Part shown: in pieces, positions 20,066 through 29,935 of the stretch | Layout of the letters: the number at the start of each line of letters is the position of its first letter | Numbering within the stretch: position 1 is the first letter of the stretch | Source of the DNA: Nitrospirota bacterium | Lineage (GTDB): Bacteria > Nitrospirota > UBA9217 | DNA length: 64,000 bases | Direction of reading: 5' to 3' | NCBI GenBank assembly: GCA_963663225.1 | Contig: OY760142.1 | Location: 1,312,001-1,376,000, forward strand | Notes under the pieces: model-generated | What the model was told of the DNA's origin: nothing | The model's input: only the letters and a program-made list of their open reading frames with translations | Databases searched by the model: none | Program-made: the position numbers and the translations under genes

Positions 20066-20982
20066 CCGACGAACGATTGAAAACCGGAACAATGAGCACG
20101 ATTCTTGATTTATTTCTAGAAAAGAAGGAGAAGAAAGGCAAGATGGAAGACCAGAATTTGGGACGCATACTTGTTAAACTCGACAAACTGCTTGACCGAT
20201 ATGTTAACGAGGGCTCGGACAAACCCGCGTTTGAGGACTACCAGGCTTTTATCTGGGACGGCACGAAAAAAATCATGAAACCGATCAAACGACCGGTGCA
20301 GATGTGCCAGGAAGACCTTATCGGCATTGAGATGATAAAGCAGGAAGTATTCCGCAACACCCAGCATTTTATCGACGGTAAAAAATCAAACAATGTACTG
20401 CTGTGGGGTGAACGGGGCACCGGAAAATCGTCCTTGCTGAAGTCGCTGCTGACGACGTTTAAAAACACACCGCTTCGCATGATCCAGATTTATAAACACG
20501 ATATTCTCACGCTTCAGGATATATATGATCTTCTGGCCCGAAACGCCTCCTACCGCTTCATTCTTTTTCTCGATGACCTGTCGTTCGAGGAAAACCAGAC
20601 GGACTACAAGCAGATGAAAACAATTATGGACGGCGGTCTCGAGCAAATTCCCTCGAATGTGGTCTTTTACGCCACGTCGAACCGCAAGCACCTTATCCCG
20701 ACCCGTTTTTCGGATAATGACGGCGATATTACGAGACCGTCGGACACCGTGGAAGAAAAGGTTTCCCTGGTGGACCGCTTCGGTCTGCGTTTCGGGTTTT
20801 ATCACTTTTCGCAGGAGACGTACCTTGATATTGTTGCCTCCTATGCGGCAAAGTACGGCGTTTGCATGGAAAAAAGCGAGCTTGAGCAAAAAGCCATTCA
20901 ATGGGCCCTCGGCGCTGGCGGCAGAAATGGACGGATTGCAGAACAGTTCGTCCGGGCCATGCAGGAGGGGGAAGTCCGCTAA
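20062..20982 (+). CDS. DUF815-family AAA+ ATP-binding protein
   Basis: GERGTGKSS, FLDDLSFE, YATSNRKHL and SLVDRFGL motifs. Confidence 0.88.
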   Translation: MTDERLKTGTMSTILDLFLEKKEKKGKMEDQNLGRILVKLDKLLDRYVNEGSDKPAFEDYQAFIWDGTKKIMKPIKRPVQMCQEDLIGIEMIKQEVFRNTQHFIDGKKSNNVLLWGERGTGKSSLLKSLLTTFKNTPLRMIQIYKHDILTLQDIYDLLARNASYRFILFLDDLSFEENQTDYKQMKTIMDGGLEQIPSNVVFYATSNRKHLIPTRFSDNDGDITRPSDTVEEKVSLVDRFGLRFGFYHFSQETYLDIVASYAAKYGVCMEKSELEQKAIQWALGAGGRNGRIAEQFVRAMQEGEVR

Positions 20983-20992
20983 AGAATAGACA

Positions 20993-22828
20993 GTGAAATC
21001 GGCGCTGAAGGAGCGTGTGGTGATAGGGGTTATTCAACGATATCTTTTGACAGTGATCGTGAGTTGCGTTGCCGTCCCCGGCATGCTTATCGCGGCGGCA
21101 ACGGAAGGCCGTGCCGACGTCGTGCTGCAAATCAACTATGATTCCGTCAAGGAGTCGGCAGCACAGTTTATTCGAAATGAAATGAAAAAAACCGATGCGA
21201 TCGGTTTGAGTATCGCGCTGGTGGACAACCAGCGGCTGGTATGGGCGCAGGGATTCGGATACGCCAATATCAGAAAAGACCAGGCTGCGACTCCGGATAC
21301 CGTGTACCGGATCGGCAGCCTTACCAAAATTTTTACTACGCTCGCAGCAATGCAGCTTTCAGAACAGGGAAAGCTGAATATCGATGCACCCATCAAATCA
21401 CTTCTTCCGGAATTTGCAATCCGGACGCGGTTTGAAACAAAAACGCCGATTACCGTTCGCGATCTCATTACCCATCATTCCGGCCTGCCGTCCGACTTCC
21501 AAAAAGGGATGTGGAGCAAAAATCCGGATTCCTTCTCAGCCATTACCAGGCTGATCAAGGACGAGTATGCGGCGTATCCTCCGGGATTTATTTTTTCATA
21601 CTCCAACATAGGTTATGACTTGCTCGGTCTCGTGATTGAGCGTGTAAGCGGACAGGACTACGCCCAGTTCGTCCAGGGTTCGCAGCTGAAGCCGCTGAAT
21701 ATGCGTCATTCCGGTTTCACCCCGCCGGCGGCACTATTGCTGCTGTCTGCCGGTTACTCCAGGGGAAAAGAGATGGATGATCCACCGTTGCGGGATGTTC
21801 CCGCCGCCGGCATGTACTCAACGGTCCTGGACATGAGCCGCTTCATGAAGATGCTGTTCGCAAACGGGGCGCTGGACAACCGGCAAATCATCAAGCCCGG
21901 AACGCTCGCGATGATGTTCAGGCCCCAAAATGAAAATGTCCCGCTGGATTTGGGGCTCCGCGTCGGGCTTGGCTGGATGCTGGGTGGGCTTGGTGAAGTT
22001 GAGATTCTGAATGCAGGCACGGTCGCGCATAAGGTCGGCGCCACCATGATGTTCCGCAGCGCCATGATTGTTCTGCCGAAACACAAGCTGGGCGTGATCG
22101 TGCTTTCAAACTCTTCCACAACGGGGCGGATGGTGAGCAAAGTCGCGGTGCAGGCACTTACCCTTGCGCTCGAAACAAAAACAGGCATCAAGCAGCCTGT
22201 TTCCGAAGCCCCGCAGGAGGCGGATCTTCGGCTGTCTCAGGACGTCCTGCGGACATACGCCGGAAACTATGCATCCATGGTGGGTCTTGCAGAGATAACG
22301 CCAAAGTCTGATCGATTTGATCTCGAAGCCCTGAACAGGACATTTCATCTCATACCGCATAGTAATGGAAAATTTGGAGCAAAATACGCCCTCCTGGGTC
22401 TGTTCCCCTTCAGTCTGGCGGAACTCGATGACTACGAAGTGTCCTACGCAAAGGTGGCAGGACGCGAAATACTCCGGGCAACAACCAAAGGCAGCGATTT
22501 GCTCGTAGCGGAAAAAATTCGGCCCATGCCGATTCCGAAAACATGGCAAATGCGGGCAGGAAACTATCGGATTGAAAATTTGGGAGACGATTTTCCCCTG
22601 CTGAGCAAAATTGCCGTTCGCTTTGAAAAAGATTTGCTCCTTGCAGAATGCAGTCTGCCGTTTTTTTTCAAAAGCACCTTTCGGTTTCCGCTAAAGCCGG
22701 TTTCAGATACCGAAGCTGTGCTGGCTGGATTGGGCGGACGGAGCATGGGGGAGACAATCAGGGTGATTACCGTCAACGGAAAAGAAAAATTGCTGTACTC
22801 CGGATATGTGCTCGGCAGGGAAGAATAG
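20993..22828 (+). CDS. serine hydrolase, beta-lactamase class C/AmpH-like, with a C-terminal extension
   Basis: GSLTK (SxxK), THHSG and YSN motifs; start uncertain. Confidence 0.85.
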   Translation: MKSALKERVVIGVIQRYLLTVIVSCVAVPGMLIAAATEGRADVVLQINYDSVKESAAQFIRNEMKKTDAIGLSIALVDNQRLVWAQGFGYANIRKDQAATPDTVYRIGSLTKIFTTLAAMQLSEQGKLNIDAPIKSLLPEFAIRTRFETKTPITVRDLITHHSGLPSDFQKGMWSKNPDSFSAITRLIKDEYAAYPPGFIFSYSNIGYDLLGLVIERVSGQDYAQFVQGSQLKPLNMRHSGFTPPAALLLLSAGYSRGKEMDDPPLRDVPAAGMYSTVLDMSRFMKMLFANGALDNRQIIKPGTLAMMFRPQNENVPLDLGLRVGLGWMLGGLGEVEILNAGTVAHKVGATMMFRSAMIVLPKHKLGVIVLSNSSTTGRMVSKVAVQALTLALETKTGIKQPVSEAPQEADLRLSQDVLRTYAGNYASMVGLAEITPKSDRFDLEALNRTFHLIPHSNGKFGAKYALLGLFPFSLAELDDYEVSYAKVAGREILRATTKGSDLLVAEKIRPMPIPKTWQMRAGNYRIENLGDDFPLLSKIAVRFEKDLLLAECSLPFFFKSTFRFPLKPVSDTEAVLAGLGGRSMGETIRVITVNGKEKLLYSGYVLGREE

Positions 22829-22876
22829 CAGAACTTCAGAAACCAGTTTTTAACGGCACTACGGAACCGTCTTTCC

Positions 22877-24007
22877 ATGAAAACCGACTTAAAAAGAATT
22901 GCTGCAAATGTATCACGCCTTTCCATGCTTCTGACGCGGGAGCGGAAAAACCTTCCTGCTTCCTATCTCACCGATCCCGGTTTGCGGGAAGCGTACACGG
23001 CGTATTTTCTCTCTACGAACAGGAAAAAGATACACCAGCCTCTGGACGAGCTTTCCCGTCACCCGGACGGATTGCTTGCAAAAAACAAACTGCGCATTCT
23101 TGACATAGGCTGCGGACCCGGCACCGCAGTGTTGGGCGCAATGGAGTTCTTTGCACGAAAAGACAGCATGCCGCAGCTGGAGTTCGTTGCGATTGATCAA
23201 GTGGAGGAAAATCTGAAGGAAGCAAAGGCGCAATTTTCTGAACATCGCGGCGCGCTGCAGGTTCCGGCCTCCTTGAAATCCGTACTCGCAGACGTTATTG
23301 AAGTGGAACATCTGCATGAGAATCGCTTCGACATAATCATTCTCTCGAATGTTCTGAACGAACTGTTTCTGCAAGCCGAGGAAAGGATCCCAAAGCGGAC
23401 AGAGATGCTCAGCAGAATTCTGAACCATCTTCTCCGTGATGACGGCAGCTGCATTGTTATCGAACCCGCCCTGAGGACGACTTCCCGTGAGATGATAGGG
23501 GTGCGGAACGCAATCGCGGACCATGGCTTCTCTGTTTATTCACCCTGCCTTTTCACCGGTGTTTGCCCGGCGCTTGCAATGCAGAAAGACTGGTGCCATG
23601 AAGATATTTCCTGGACAGCGCCTTCGTTTATACAGGAGATTGACAAACGGGCAGGACTTCGCAGAGATTCACTCAAATTTTCCTATTTCGTTCTTAGAAA
23701 CGACGGGCGTTCCCTGCGGGATTGCTACAGCCCGGGTGTATTTCGTGTCGTAAGCGATCCTCTTGTATCAAAAGGGAAACGAGAGTTCTACATTTGCGGA
23801 GAAGGCAGCAGGCGGTTGATTACAAGGCTTGATAAAGACGCTTCAACCGAGAATAAAGCGTTTGAGCGTTTGCAGAGAGGCAGCATAACTTCTTTTAATC
23901 GGTTGGTTGTGGAACATAAACGTTGCAAAGTAGAAAAAGACACGGTGGTGCACAGGATTGACGAACAGGGAGAGGATGCGCCCAGTCGCCCTTTCCTCAA
24001 GGCATGA
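22877..24007 (+). CDS. Rsm22/METTL17-family SAM-dependent methyltransferase-like protein
   Basis: AYTAYF, LDIGCGPGT, IEPA, SPCx5Cx9CH and KFSY motifs. Confidence 0.8.
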   Translation: MKTDLKRIAANVSRLSMLLTRERKNLPASYLTDPGLREAYTAYFLSTNRKKIHQPLDELSRHPDGLLAKNKLRILDIGCGPGTAVLGAMEFFARKDSMPQLEFVAIDQVEENLKEAKAQFSEHRGALQVPASLKSVLADVIEVEHLHENRFDIIILSNVLNELFLQAEERIPKRTEMLSRILNHLLRDDGSCIVIEPALRTTSREMIGVRNAIADHGFSVYSPCLFTGVCPALAMQKDWCHEDISWTAPSFIQEIDKRAGLRRDSLKFSYFVLRNDGRSLRDCYSPGVFRVVSDPLVSKGKREFYICGEGSRRLITRLDKDASTENKAFERLQRGSITSFNRLVVEHKRCKVEKDTVVHRIDEQGEDAPSRPFLKA

Positions 24008-24035
24008 GAAAATTACTTGCAGGGATCATGAACAA

Positions 24036-24542
24036 ATGAGCAGATACAGGCAACCGCTAAAGCCCGGGTCAAAATACATAACAGCAGAAGGGAAAAAACG
24101 GCTGAGTGATGAGTTTGAATTCCTTTGGAGGAGCAAGCGTCCGGAAGTGACCGCCGCGCTCGCAGCGGCAGCGGCGGAGGGGGACCGCTCAGAGAATGCG
24201 GAGTATATCTACCGTAAAAAACAGCTCCGCGAGATTGACAGCCGCATTCATCACCTGAAAGAACGGTTGGAACATATTGTGGTGGTCGATGGAAAACCGG
24301 ATGACGTGTCCCGCATATTTTTCGGCGCCTGGGTGCGCCTGGAAGATGAGAACGGCAGCATCTTCGATTACCGCATTGTCGGACCGGATGAGTTCGACCC
24401 GGCCAGAGGACTGATCAGCATGGATTCGCCCTTGGCGAGGGCCCTGATGAAAAAATCGGAAGGGGACGAAGTAATCGTGAAGCGGCCCAAAGGTGAAGCC
24501 TGTTTTGTCATCGCACGCGTCCAGTATGAACCGTTTTCATAA
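24036..24542 (+). CDS. greB: transcription elongation factor GreB
   Basis: YITAEG, AAEGDRSENAEYIYRKKQLREIDSRI and ISMDSPLARAL motifs. Confidence 0.92.
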   Translation: MSRYRQPLKPGSKYITAEGKKRLSDEFEFLWRSKRPEVTAALAAAAAEGDRSENAEYIYRKKQLREIDSRIHHLKERLEHIVVVDGKPDDVSRIFFGAWVRLEDENGSIFDYRIVGPDEFDPARGLISMDSPLARALMKKSEGDEVIVKRPKGEACFVIARVQYEPFS

Positions 24543-24589
24543 ACCGGACGGCAAAAGCAGACCGGGTAGCAAAACGGCAGCAGGAGGAA

Positions 24590-25303
24590 TTGTTGAACCT
24601 CATCCTTCTTTTTCCGGATGATTTTAACGGCGATAAAAACCACGTGCGGCTGCAAGGCCGTCGCTTACAACACGTTTTGACAGTGCATCGTGCCTCGGTC
24701 GGAGACAGTCTGTGCGTCGGCAAGGCCGGCGAAAGCATCGGCACCGGAACAATCACTCGTCTCAGCGAAACCGTTCTTGAAATGGCGGTGCAATTTGATC
24801 GGCAACCGCCGTTACCGCTTCCTCTGACCCTTCTGCTGGCACTCCCGAGGCCGAAAGTGTTGAAGCGGGTGCTCCGTTCCGTCAGTGCTCTGGGCGTGAA
24901 GCGGATTGTTCTGCTGAACAGCTTTCGTGTGGAAAAGAGCTACTGGCAGAGTCCGGTGCTGTGCAGGGAGTCCCTGCAAGAAGAATTGGTGGCGGGCCTT
25001 GAACAGGCCAAAGACACGGTGCTTCCTGAAATTCTGCTCCGGCCGTTTTTCAAGCCGTTCGTGGAAGACGAACTGCCCGGTCTTGCTGCCGGAACGCTCG
25101 CCTTTGTGGCCCATCCCACAGCAGTGAGGGATTGTCCGCGCGGCATACAAAAAGCAGCAACACTCGCAATCGGTCCCGAAGGCGGCTTCATACCCTACGA
25201 AATCGAAAAGTTTATACAACAGGGATTTACGCCGGTTCAGACGGGGAACCGGATACTGAATGTTGAGACCGCAGTACCGGCCATTATTTCGCGGTTGTAT
25301 TAA
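24590..25303 (+). CDS. rsmE: 16S rRNA m3U1498 methyltransferase RsmE
   Basis: LALPRPK, EKSYW, IGPEGG and ILNVETA SPOUT motifs; TTG start with AGGAGG RBS. Confidence 0.88.
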   Translation: MLNLILLFPDDFNGDKNHVRLQGRRLQHVLTVHRASVGDSLCVGKAGESIGTGTITRLSETVLEMAVQFDRQPPLPLPLTLLLALPRPKVLKRVLRSVSALGVKRIVLLNSFRVEKSYWQSPVLCRESLQEELVAGLEQAKDTVLPEILLRPFFKPFVEDELPGLAAGTLAFVAHPTAVRDCPRGIQKAATLAIGPEGGFIPYEIEKFIQQGFTPVQTGNRILNVETAVPAIISRLY

Positions 25304-25363
25304 TCAGCGTTCGCAATCAACAGTGCGCATCCCGTGCGCGGGATTTTTAAAGGAGACCAAGCC

Positions 25364-25786
25364 ATGATTCCGGTCAACAGCACGCTCTTTTTGGATGAAA
25401 ACGAAATTCAACTTTCTTATGTCAGAGCATCAGGTCCCGGCGGACAGAACGTAAATAAAGTCGCGACCGCTGCGCAGCTTAGGTTCGATGTGGGGAATTC
25501 CCCGTCCCTGCCGGGTGATGTCCGCACCCGTCTTATCCGGCTGGGAGGAAGGCGCATTACACAGGACGGTGTTCTTATTATCGACGCGCGCCGGTTTCGG
25601 ACTCAGGAGCAGAACCGTGAAGATGCCGTTACCCGGCTTGTTGAGCTGGTGTGCAAGGCTGCGGAAAAACCAAAACCTAGGAAAAAAACCAGACCTTCGA
25701 AAGCAGCGAAAGAAAACAGGATTGAGAGCAAAAAGAAGCGCGGAAGGTTAAAAAGAATGAGAAGCAGGCAGCCGGATATCGACTGA
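25364..25786 (+). CDS. arfB: alternative ribosome rescue peptidyl-tRNA hydrolase ArfB
   Basis: RASGPGGQNVNKV motif and basic C-terminal tail. Confidence 0.95.
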   Translation: MIPVNSTLFLDENEIQLSYVRASGPGGQNVNKVATAAQLRFDVGNSPSLPGDVRTRLIRLGGRRITQDGVLIIDARRFRTQEQNREDAVTRLVELVCKAAEKPKPRKKTRPSKAAKENRIESKKKRGRLKRMRSRQPDID

Positions 25787-25796
25787 CTCCGGAGTT

Positions 25797-26906
25797 CTAA
25801 AACACACTGATCTCGGCTGTTCCATCGGCTCTAAAAACGGCTTTTAATGAATTATGCGTTATCCCCACCGCTTCTGCCCGCACCCGTTGAACCTTTCCCG
25901 TGATGCTTACGTATTGATTCACTTTGCGGTTTAAGGCCTCCGTCAACCGGTCCTTTACCATTGCAATTTTATCGCCGATGAACCATTTTGCCTGGTCCGA
26001 CAAGGTTGCCTGCAAACCGCTGTGCAGCAGCCAGTCCGTGGTCTTGGCAAGAATATTTTTTGTTTCGAATGTATAGTCAAGATTTTGCAGGAACAGTGTT
26101 TCCGCAGATGCATCGTATGCAGGGGTACCGGATAGATACAGCGTCCCTGAGGCAGCTCCTGTGATTTTTACTTCCAGTACCACGGAGTCGCCGGACGCAT
26201 ATATTCTGATCCGATCAATGCGAAAACTTTTTCCACTCGAATGATAGAGCGCGCCGGCCGTTTTCCTCGTAAGCTCTTCGCCGATGAAATTGAATGACAG
26301 TTCGTTGTTTATTGCAATATGAAAACCATCCCGGGACAGCTCTTGCGTCCTGGAAAATTTCGGAGCGGGCTGGGACGAAGATTTTTGTATATCGCCGCTC
26401 ACCAGCGACGGCATGGCGACGAGACCGACCAGAACGGTTGAAGTATCTCTTTTCCGCACGGGACGAGCAACGAGGACCTCCTGAAGGTTCAGCAGCAGCG
26501 AGAGGTCATAATTCAGCCTGACAGGATTCTGCAAGGCGTCCCACGCCCTGGCCACTGCCATGCGCAGATAGATATTATTCAGCAGCTCATCGTCCGACAC
26601 CGCCGGACGGCCGTTGAGAAAATCCTGAAGTTTGCCGGAAATGTTGTTTTCCTGGTTCAATGCATTCAGCGCTCTGTTTCTGGACAACAGGAGATTGAGC
26701 TTGTCGGTAAGTGCGGTCATGGAGACGACAATAGGCACGGTTATTATGGAACGTTCGGCGGGCTGCGTTATCAGTGGTTTTGGAGGGGTCTTGGGCGGCG
26801 GGACCTTGAACGTCGCACACCCGGAGAGTGTTGAGGCCAGGAAAAGAATGGCAACTGCAGCGGCCGACTGCAGGATTTTACACACAGACATGGTTCCAGA
26901 GTTCAT
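25797..26906 (-). CDS. DUF4403-like lipoprotein
   Basis: LSGC lipobox; GTLYLSGTPAYD...LDYT..TKNIL..TDWL pattern. Confidence 0.7.
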   Translation of the reverse strand: MNSGTMSVCKILQSAAAVAILFLASTLSGCATFKVPPPKTPPKPLITQPAERSIITVPIVVSMTALTDKLNLLLSRNRALNALNQENNISGKLQDFLNGRPAVSDDELLNNIYLRMAVARAWDALQNPVRLNYDLSLLLNLQEVLVARPVRKRDTSTVLVGLVAMPSLVSGDIQKSSSQPAPKFSRTQELSRDGFHIAINNELSFNFIGEELTRKTAGALYHSSGKSFRIDRIRIYASGDSVVLEVKITGAASGTLYLSGTPAYDASAETLFLQNLDYTFETKNILAKTTDWLLHSGLQATLSDQAKWFIGDKIAMVKDRLTEALNRKVNQYVSITGKVQRVRAEAVGITHNSLKAVFRADGTAEISVF

Positions 26907-27017
26907 TATACTATTTTATGCGAATTGGACGAAAGTGTAAATCATTTTTTGCCGCTCTGTACCGTCGCACGGCAGCGACACCACCGGACCGTTTGCTTCC
27001 TTTCAGACACACAATGC

Positions 27018-27890
27018 CTATTGTTTTTTTTCACGTAAGAGTTTATATACAGCGGAAAGATCCTGCTCCCCGAGCCCGCTGCGCACTGCCAGGGCAAACA
27101 GCTCTTTTGCGGCATTCGTTGCAGGCATGGCAACACCGGCTTCATACGCCGTATCTGCAGCCAGCTGCAGGTCCTTGTACATCCACTTGAGATGAAAGTC
27201 CGGGTCAAATGTTTCCGTTTCAATTTTCGTTTTTCTGACAGCCAAAACCGGTGGAAATACTGGAGAGGTAGAGAGAGCATTCAGCAGCATGTCTTTCGGG
27301 ATGCCGAGGGACATGCCGAGGACGACGCTCTCCGAAAAAGCGACCATGGCTTGCGCGACCATGATGTTATTGACGATCTTCATGGCAGACCCCATGCCGC
27401 AGCCGCCCACCGGTACTACTGCCCTGCCCATCGCTTCAAAAAGAGGGCGCGCTGATTCAAGGTCGGTTTTTTCACCGCCGACAAAAAAAAGAAGCTGGCC
27501 CTGTTCCGCAGGGATTTTGGACCCCATGACCGGAGCGTCAAGAAAACGGACGGAACGCTTTTTTGCCTCCGCCGCCATGCGTTTGGTAAAGGACGGGTTC
27601 ACCGTGCTGCAATCGATCCACAAAGCATTTTTACCAAGTCGGTCAAGAAAGCCGTCTTCCTTGTGCAGCGCTGCGTGCTCGATGACGTCGGGTTTTGCGA
27701 GCATGGTGATGACCACTTCAGCCTGTTTAGCCGCCTCCGCGGGAGTGGCAGCCCACGCGGCCCCGCTTGCAATGAGGCCTTCGGCTTTTTTTCTGGTTCT
27801 GTTGTAAAGAACAAGTTCGTGTCCCTTTTTCTGCAGATTCATGGCCATGCGGCTTCCCATGATTCCCAGTCCGAGAAAAGCGATTTTCAT
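27018..27890 (-). CDS. NAD(P)-dependent oxidoreductase, 3-hydroxyisobutyrate dehydrogenase family
   Basis: FLGLGIMG, YNRT, DAPVMG, KIVNN and KDL motifs; GGAGG RBS. Confidence 0.92.
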   Translation of the reverse strand: MKIAFLGLGIMGSRMAMNLQKKGHELVLYNRTRKKAEGLIASGAAWAATPAEAAKQAEVVITMLAKPDVIEHAALHKEDGFLDRLGKNALWIDCSTVNPSFTKRMAAEAKKRSVRFLDAPVMGSKIPAEQGQLLFFVGGEKTDLESARPLFEAMGRAVVPVGGCGMGSAMKIVNNIMVAQAMVAFSESVVLGMSLGIPKDMLLNALSTSPVFPPVLAVRKTKIETETFDPDFHLKWMYKDLQLAADTAYEAGVAMPATNAAKELFALAVRSGLGEQDLSAVYKLLREKKQ

Positions 27891-28008
27891 AGTAAAAACC
27901 TCCTCCAAATGTATGGTAATAACTATAGCACAAAAGCCGAATTGGCCGCGCGGGTAAAAAAATGATTTCAGTTGCAATTCCACGGTGCACAGGGTACAGT
28001 GCGGCGAA

Positions 28009-29919
28009 ATGGCGCTCGTCAGTTTACAAGACATAAAAGTCAGCTTTGGAGGGCCACTGCTGCTTGAAGGCGCGGACCTGTCCATCGACCGGGGGGAACG
28101 TGTTTGCCTTGTTGGCAGGAACGGCACCGGAAAATCCACCATTCTGAAGCTTGTCGCCGGAGAAGTAAAACCTGACAGCGGCAGGCTTGTCTTTCAGCAG
28201 GGAGTGCGCATTTCATTCCTGACGCAGGAAGTTCCTCAAGATATTCAGGGCAGCGTGTTTGACATTGTGGCAGGTGCTTTTGGCGAGCAGGGAAAGCTGC
28301 TCACCGACTACCATGCCGCAAGCCTCAGTCTTGCGCGCGTGCACAGCGTGAAACTGATGGCGGAGCTGGAGGATGTGCAGCATAAATTGGAAGCCGCCGG
28401 AGCGTGGCAGATGCAGCAACGCGTGGAGACGGTCCTGTCGCGTCTGGAGCTGGATGCCGATGCTGAGTTCTCAAGACTGTCGGGAGGCTTGAAGCGGCGC
28501 GCTCTGCTCGCGAAAGCGCTGGCAGGGGAGCCGGATCTGCTGCTTCTGGACGAACCCACAAACCATCTTGATATCGAGGCGATTGCGTGGCTCGAAGAAT
28601 TTCTGCTCGGATTCGGAGGGACGGTGCTCTTCGTGACCCATGATCGCGCGCTGCTTCAGAAGCTTGCGACGCGAATCCTTGACCTTGACCGCGGCAGGCT
28701 CACGAGCTGGCCCGGGAACTATGATCTCTATCTTGAACGAAAGCAGGCCGCCCTTGATGCGGAAGCCGTCGAGAATGCAAAATTCGACAAAAAGCTTGCG
28801 GCGGAGGAAGCCTGGATCCGGCAGGGCATCAAAGCGCGCCGGACGAGAAACGAAGGCCGCGTCCGGGCGCTGAAGGAGCTAAGGAGGATCAGGAATGAAC
28901 GGCGCGAAGCGGCCGGTGCGGCGCGCATGCAGGTGCAGGAAGCGGAGCGGACAGGCAGGCTTGTCATTGAGGCCCGCGAGGTGTGTTTTCGCTATGACGA
29001 CCGGCCTGTCGTAGATGGTTTTTCAACCACCATCCTTCGAGGAGACAAGGTGGGCATCATCGGTCCGAACGGGTCGGGCAAAACCACCCTGCTGAAACTG
29101 CTGCTGGGCGAGCTGAAACCGCAGCAAGGATCGGTCCGCTTCGGCACACGTGTTGAGGTGTCATACCTTGACCAGCACCGTGCGCAGCTTGACGAAGAAA
29201 AAACAGTTCAAGACAACGTGGCAAACGGCAGCGATCATGTGACGATCAACGGCAACAGACGCCACGTCATCGGTTATTTGCAGGATTTTTTGTTCGCGCC
29301 CGAGCGCGCACGCAGCCCGGTGAAGGTCCTTTCCGGCGGAGAGCGGAATCGTCTCCTGCTGGCAAAGCTCTTTACGTTGCCGTCGAATGTGCTGGTCCTG
29401 GACGAACCCACGAATGATCTGGACATCGAGACCCTGGATCTGCTCGAAGAGCTGCTGCTGGAGTATTCCGGAACCGTGCTGCTGGTCAGTCATGACCGCA
29501 CGTTTATCAACAATGTGGCGACCAGCACGCTGGTATTTGAAGGCGTCGGCAAAATAACCGAATACGTGGGCGGATATGATGACTGGCTGCGTCAGAGAAA
29601 ACCGGCCGGAGCGCAGATCGTGCAAACCGGACAGTTACCCAGAAAGGAACCGGTCCGCGTCCAGTCTGAAAGAAAACGGAAACTGACGTTCAAAGAACAA
29701 AAAGAGCTGGAGGCGCTGCCGGCGCGCATAGAAGACCTCGAACAAGAGCAGGAACGAATCATTCAAATGATGGCTGATCCGGCTTTTTACCGCGAGAGCG
29801 GTGCAAAAGTTACCGAATATACAGACCGCCTTGAGGTCCTGAAAAAAGAACTGGCAGAAGCATATGAGCGGTGGGAGCAGCTGGAGGCGATAAAAGGGGG
29901 AGCCTCTCTTCCTGAATAA
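28009..29919 (+). CDS. uup: ABC-F family ATPase Uup
   Basis: two ABC domains (GRNGTGKS, GPNGSGKT), WIRQGIKARRTRNEGRVRAL linker, C-terminal coiled coil. Confidence 0.93.
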   Translation: MALVSLQDIKVSFGGPLLLEGADLSIDRGERVCLVGRNGTGKSTILKLVAGEVKPDSGRLVFQQGVRISFLTQEVPQDIQGSVFDIVAGAFGEQGKLLTDYHAASLSLARVHSVKLMAELEDVQHKLEAAGAWQMQQRVETVLSRLELDADAEFSRLSGGLKRRALLAKALAGEPDLLLLDEPTNHLDIEAIAWLEEFLLGFGGTVLFVTHDRALLQKLATRILDLDRGRLTSWPGNYDLYLERKQAALDAEAVENAKFDKKLAAEEAWIRQGIKARRTRNEGRVRALKELRRIRNERREAAGAARMQVQEAERTGRLVIEAREVCFRYDDRPVVDGFSTTILRGDKVGIIGPNGSGKTTLLKLLLGELKPQQGSVRFGTRVEVSYLDQHRAQLDEEKTVQDNVANGSDHVTINGNRRHVIGYLQDFLFAPERARSPVKVLSGGERNRLLLAKLFTLPSNVLVLDEPTNDLDIETLDLLEELLLEYSGTVLLVSHDRTFINNVATSTLVFEGVGKITEYVGGYDDWLRQRKPAGAQIVQTGQLPRKEPVRVQSERKRKLTFKEQKELEALPARIEDLEQEQERIIQMMADPAFYRESGAKVTEYTDRLEVLKKELAEAYERWEQLEAIKGGASLPE

Positions 29920-29935
29920 TGCCGAAGCAGTGTGT

